Part shown: positions 60,401-64,000 of the stretch, in pieces
Position numbering within the stretch: the stretch's first letter is position 1
Layout of the letters: each line of letters opens with the position of its first letter
Source of the DNA: the human T2T-CHM13v2.0 reference genome, Homo sapiens
Direction: 5' to 3' (one strand)
Length of the DNA: 64,000 nt
Assembly: GCF_009914755.1 (NCBI RefSeq)
Contig: NC_060927.1
Program-made: the position numbers and the translations under genes
Notes under the pieces: generated by a model
What the model saw: the letters and a program-made list of their open reading frames with translations, nothing else
Database searches by the model: none
What the model was told of the DNA's origin: nothing

Positions 60401-61269
60401 TAAAAGAAACTTCCAGAGACTCTTCCACAGTCAAAAGCTGTCCTTGCTTCCTACTGCCACTCAAATCAAGACCAGCATGCAGCACAACTGAACATTAGTG
60501 CCAATAATATTCTTTCACTTCCGCATAATTTTGGCATATTCTTTATCACAAGCTGATGAATATCATCAAATGTATTTGGAAAAAAAAATTATCCCATGAG
60601 GCAGGCAATTAGTAGATGGAAAAGGGATCCTTTCCCTGAAGTTCACCAATGAATACACAACTCAAAATGCCCTTGATGAACAAGTAGGCAAACAGGTCAC
60701 TCTAGGCAGGACACATTCATTCCTGACATTTCTCAGGGCAGCACCAGCTGTTCCGCAGCACAGCTCGACTACATTTTACCAACGTTATGACGCCTGTCAC
60801 ATAAATGACAGTGGCACTGCCAGAAACTGGCTTTGTGGGCTTCAGAGAGTGAAGGCTGTTCCCTGCTTAATTCCACACTGGTCGGAGAATGCAGGATTAG
60901 TGGGGCTCTGCTGTGCCTTCACCCCGAACTGTTGACGGTATTCTTTTGTGCATTACCCACCCCCCCACCACCGCCCACATTTAACCATGACCTCTTCCTG
61001 CATTATTAATGAACACAAGAGAACTCATTTATTAAAGCTGGATTTTTTCACTATTCCATATGTTTCCTTCTGCATGCCATGGCAGGTGGGTGACAGGAAC
61101 ACAGAGAGAGGGGCTGTCTTCTCCCTTGTGACCCCGTACCATCTGCCTCATGGCAACGTGCAGCTGTATCTGTGGAAACCATTAGAGACCAGGGATATGG
61201 ACTCATTTGTCACGGTAAAACCCTTCCCAAACCAAAGTGGGATCCACTTGATACATTTCTCACTCAGAA

Positions 61270-61720
61270 GTTAATCTGGTAAACACATCCTGAACAGTTA
61301 CTAGTTATGTGCCAGGACCTGGGGTTTCACAGAGAACGATGCAAAGTCCCTACCTTCATGGGGCTGACATTTGTCCAGGAGGTTGGGGTTGAAAACAGGT
61401 GATAAGCAAGCCAACAAAATACAGGAGCGGTGCACAGAGAGGTTAGAGTGGGTCGGGGGATTTTCTTAGGTCAGGTCAGGCCTCCAGGGAGAGGGACATT
61501 TAAGCTGAGCTCAAAGATGAATTGGTGAACTAACTTACAGGCAGAAAGGAACAGCCAGCTGCAAAGTCTTGAGAAGGAAGGAATAAGGTGGGTTCTGGGT
61601 CTTGAAAGGAGGCCTGCAGGACCAGGGCAGATGAGCAGGGCAGGAGGTTTATGGGAGAGGTCAGAAGAGGCTGGATCTCACAGGGCTCTGTGAGCCACAG
61701 TTAATTCACTGAATTCCAAG
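61270..61720. mobile_element. L2 fragment
   Basis: atgtgccaggacctgggg...ccctaccttcatggggctgacatt...gacatttaagctgagctcaaagatga...ggaacagccagctgcaaagtcttgag. Confidence 0.6.
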
Positions 61721-62418
61721 GGCACTGGGGAGCCAGTGAGCAAGTGGGTGAGCACCTCGGTTCTCAGCACTTGGTGGGTCGGGTGAACGTGTTGGCTGAA
61801 TGAATGAAAAATGAATGTCTTGTGTCCCCTCTGTTCCACATCCTCACCTCCTTGGTCCAAACCATGGTCATTTCATTCAACACCTAGTTCTCTTTCTAAA
61901 TTCCTGATTTGTATTCTTCTTTTCTTGCTCCTCACTCTTCCTAACAAACACTACAAAATCCAACTTATTCAACCAACCATGTGCTGAGAGTAACAGTGGT
62001 GATGAGACTTCCTAGTTTACAGTGTAACATGGGAGGCCAAATTAACATATATATGGAAACAAGGTGGAAGGAAGTGCAGGGCACCTTGGAATACTTCAGA
62101 AGGACACCTAAGCTAGGACGGTGGGTATCAAGCCCTAGTCCTAAGGGAAAGGAAGGAAAACTCCTTTATGGTCCTCTAAAGCTTTGTGTCTTAAGAGGAG
62201 ACAAACTGAAAGAAGAGAGGTAATCTCTGGTCCCACCCTAGGTCGTTTCTTTTCAGAATCAACATAAAAGTGGTTTATAATCCATTGTTAATTAACAAGA
62301 AAACAACAGTTAGTGACAAATAACGGCCATGTATTAAAAAGTGACTTTCTCAGCCATATGCTGGCTCCATATTCAATAAAGGGCCCTGTTTGTCAAGGTG
62401 GGAGGAGAAGATGGGCTT

Positions 62419-62736
62419 GTTTTTTTTTTCCCCCAGAGAAGGGGTCTTGCTCTGTCACTGTCACCCAGGCTGGAATGCAGTGGCACCAGCATAGTTCACT
62501 ACAGCCTCCAACTCCTAAGCTCAAGTGATCCTCTCACCTCAGCCTCCTGAGTAGCTGGGACTACAGGCATGCACCATCATGCCTGGCTAAGTTAAATTTC
62601 TTTCTTTTTTTCTTTTGTAGCGATGGGATCTCATCAAGTTGCCCTGGCCATTCCTGAACTCCTGGGCTCGAGCAATCCTCCCACCTCAGCCTCCCAAAGT
62701 GCTGGGATTATAGGGCATGAGCTTCCATGCCTGGCC
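62419..62736 (-). mobile_element. AluJ
   Basis: ctcaagtgatcctctcacc and ctcctgggctcgagcaatcctcccacc (J-type arms). TSD aagatgggctt / aagatgagctt. Confidence 0.9.
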
Positions 62737-64000
62737 AAGATGAGCTTTCTTTTTCCATACCTACTTTGCCTAAATGAATTCAGAATGTAAAGCTGCTTCT
62801 AAAACAAAGCTTTTAGAATTAATAGGCTGTTTAAGCAAACACACTCCTACTTGCAGGAAAATTTTGCCAGGTTCAAAACTGCTGTGTGGAGGTCAAGTTT
62901 ATGTTCATCCAATTAACCGTCATTAATTGGGTCCATACTTAATCGAACCGTGACCCATCTGACTCTCAGCTGATGCAGAGTCTCTTTGCTCTACAGCAGT
63001 AAACTCATCTGAGTACTGCATCTAGCTAATATGCAAGCAGGATTGTGCAAAGTCAAGTTTCCAGACTTCTCCATAAACTTGATTCTGATTAGTATTTACT
63101 TTGGAAATCTGTGTTTTTCTATCCAACTGGCTATGAGATTGATGTATAAAGGGTCACAAATCTGTATCAGATCTATAGTTTTCTGGCAGGTCACAGTTAG
63201 TGGTAAAGTTTTTGCTTCTCAAAGCTAACAACTTCAAGTGCCATAAGAGGCACAAATTAATCTTATGTGATGTTTCCTGTTATTACTGAGAGGCAAAAGG
63301 ACATCAGCGTTCTCAAATCATTCATTCTTCAGGTTGCCTGATAAGCCAGTGGGAACTCTGTGTTACTCCGGAGCTCATTTTTCTCTGCACATCACCCTTT
63401 CCAGGTATGAAGGACCAGCAACCCCGTAGGAACCTTTCTCAGGAGGTACCACGTAGCACCTGGGCCTGTCTGAGACACCAAGGTCTTTATGTTAGCCCCA
63501 CAAAGGCAAGCATGATTTTTGGAAACTGACCCGCAGGTTCCCTATAAAGTTGATCATCATTCATTCATTGACAATGCTGGAAAATGATTTATACAAGAAA
63601 AGAATTCACAGATGTGGGAATTATAGTGCAGATCTGACTCCCAGTCCCACTATAATTCCTTTGTATGTCAGTTTCTTCTCTTTGAAATAGGGATGACAGT
63701 ATCACCTATCTCTTCATGCTTGTGTACAGATCTGATGGGAAAGTGCACAGCTGACACTCAGCATTGTGCCGGCACATAGTAAGTGCACAATAAATAATGC
63801 TGTGGCTGTCAGTAATGAATAGTCCTGTGACTATAGATAAGTTTTCCTTATCCTGAAAATGTGCATGCAGACTTTAGGACAATGTGCTACTCATAATTTC
63901 TAGTTTGAAGCTTAACTCCCAATCAGAATTATTTCCTTGTTGCCTCATCAAATTAGAAAAGGTCACCATTTTACAAAAAGTCTCTGGTCGATGTTAGAAG

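Overview
Human (primate) genomic DNA. The window contains the 3' part of PDZRN3 (LNX3/SEMCAP3, a RING + PDZ E3 ubiquitin ligase) on the minus strand. Seven coding exons were resolved by hand at GT-AG boundaries (37672-37919, 34446-34533, 24542-24640, 23329-23391, 21478-21579, 19164-19280, 16860-18425). They splice into one uninterrupted 760-codon frame ending ...FLSVTTV*, followed by a ~0.9 kb 3'UTR with tandem AATAAA signals. Positions above 37920 are a long upstream intron. Downstream of the gene lie a full-length (~6.16 kb), inactive L1PA4/L1PA3-6160-type LINE-1 nested in an older L1M, and a young 5'-truncated L1PA2-like copy. The rest is typical repeat content: Alus, a THE1 solo LTR, an ERVL dUTPase relic, an MLT1 LTR, MER/Charlie/Tigger DNA transposons, and MIR/L2. 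I see no clearly new biological system. The most unusual observations are (i) several short, locally templated insertions and duplications, (ii) an L1 antisense promoter with an open ORF0 pointing at the PDZRN3 3' end, and (iii) phase-0 exon blocks flanked by inverted Alus that could form stop-less circRNAs. Repeat subfamily names and exon numbers come from recalled consensus or annotation knowledge, not from a search.
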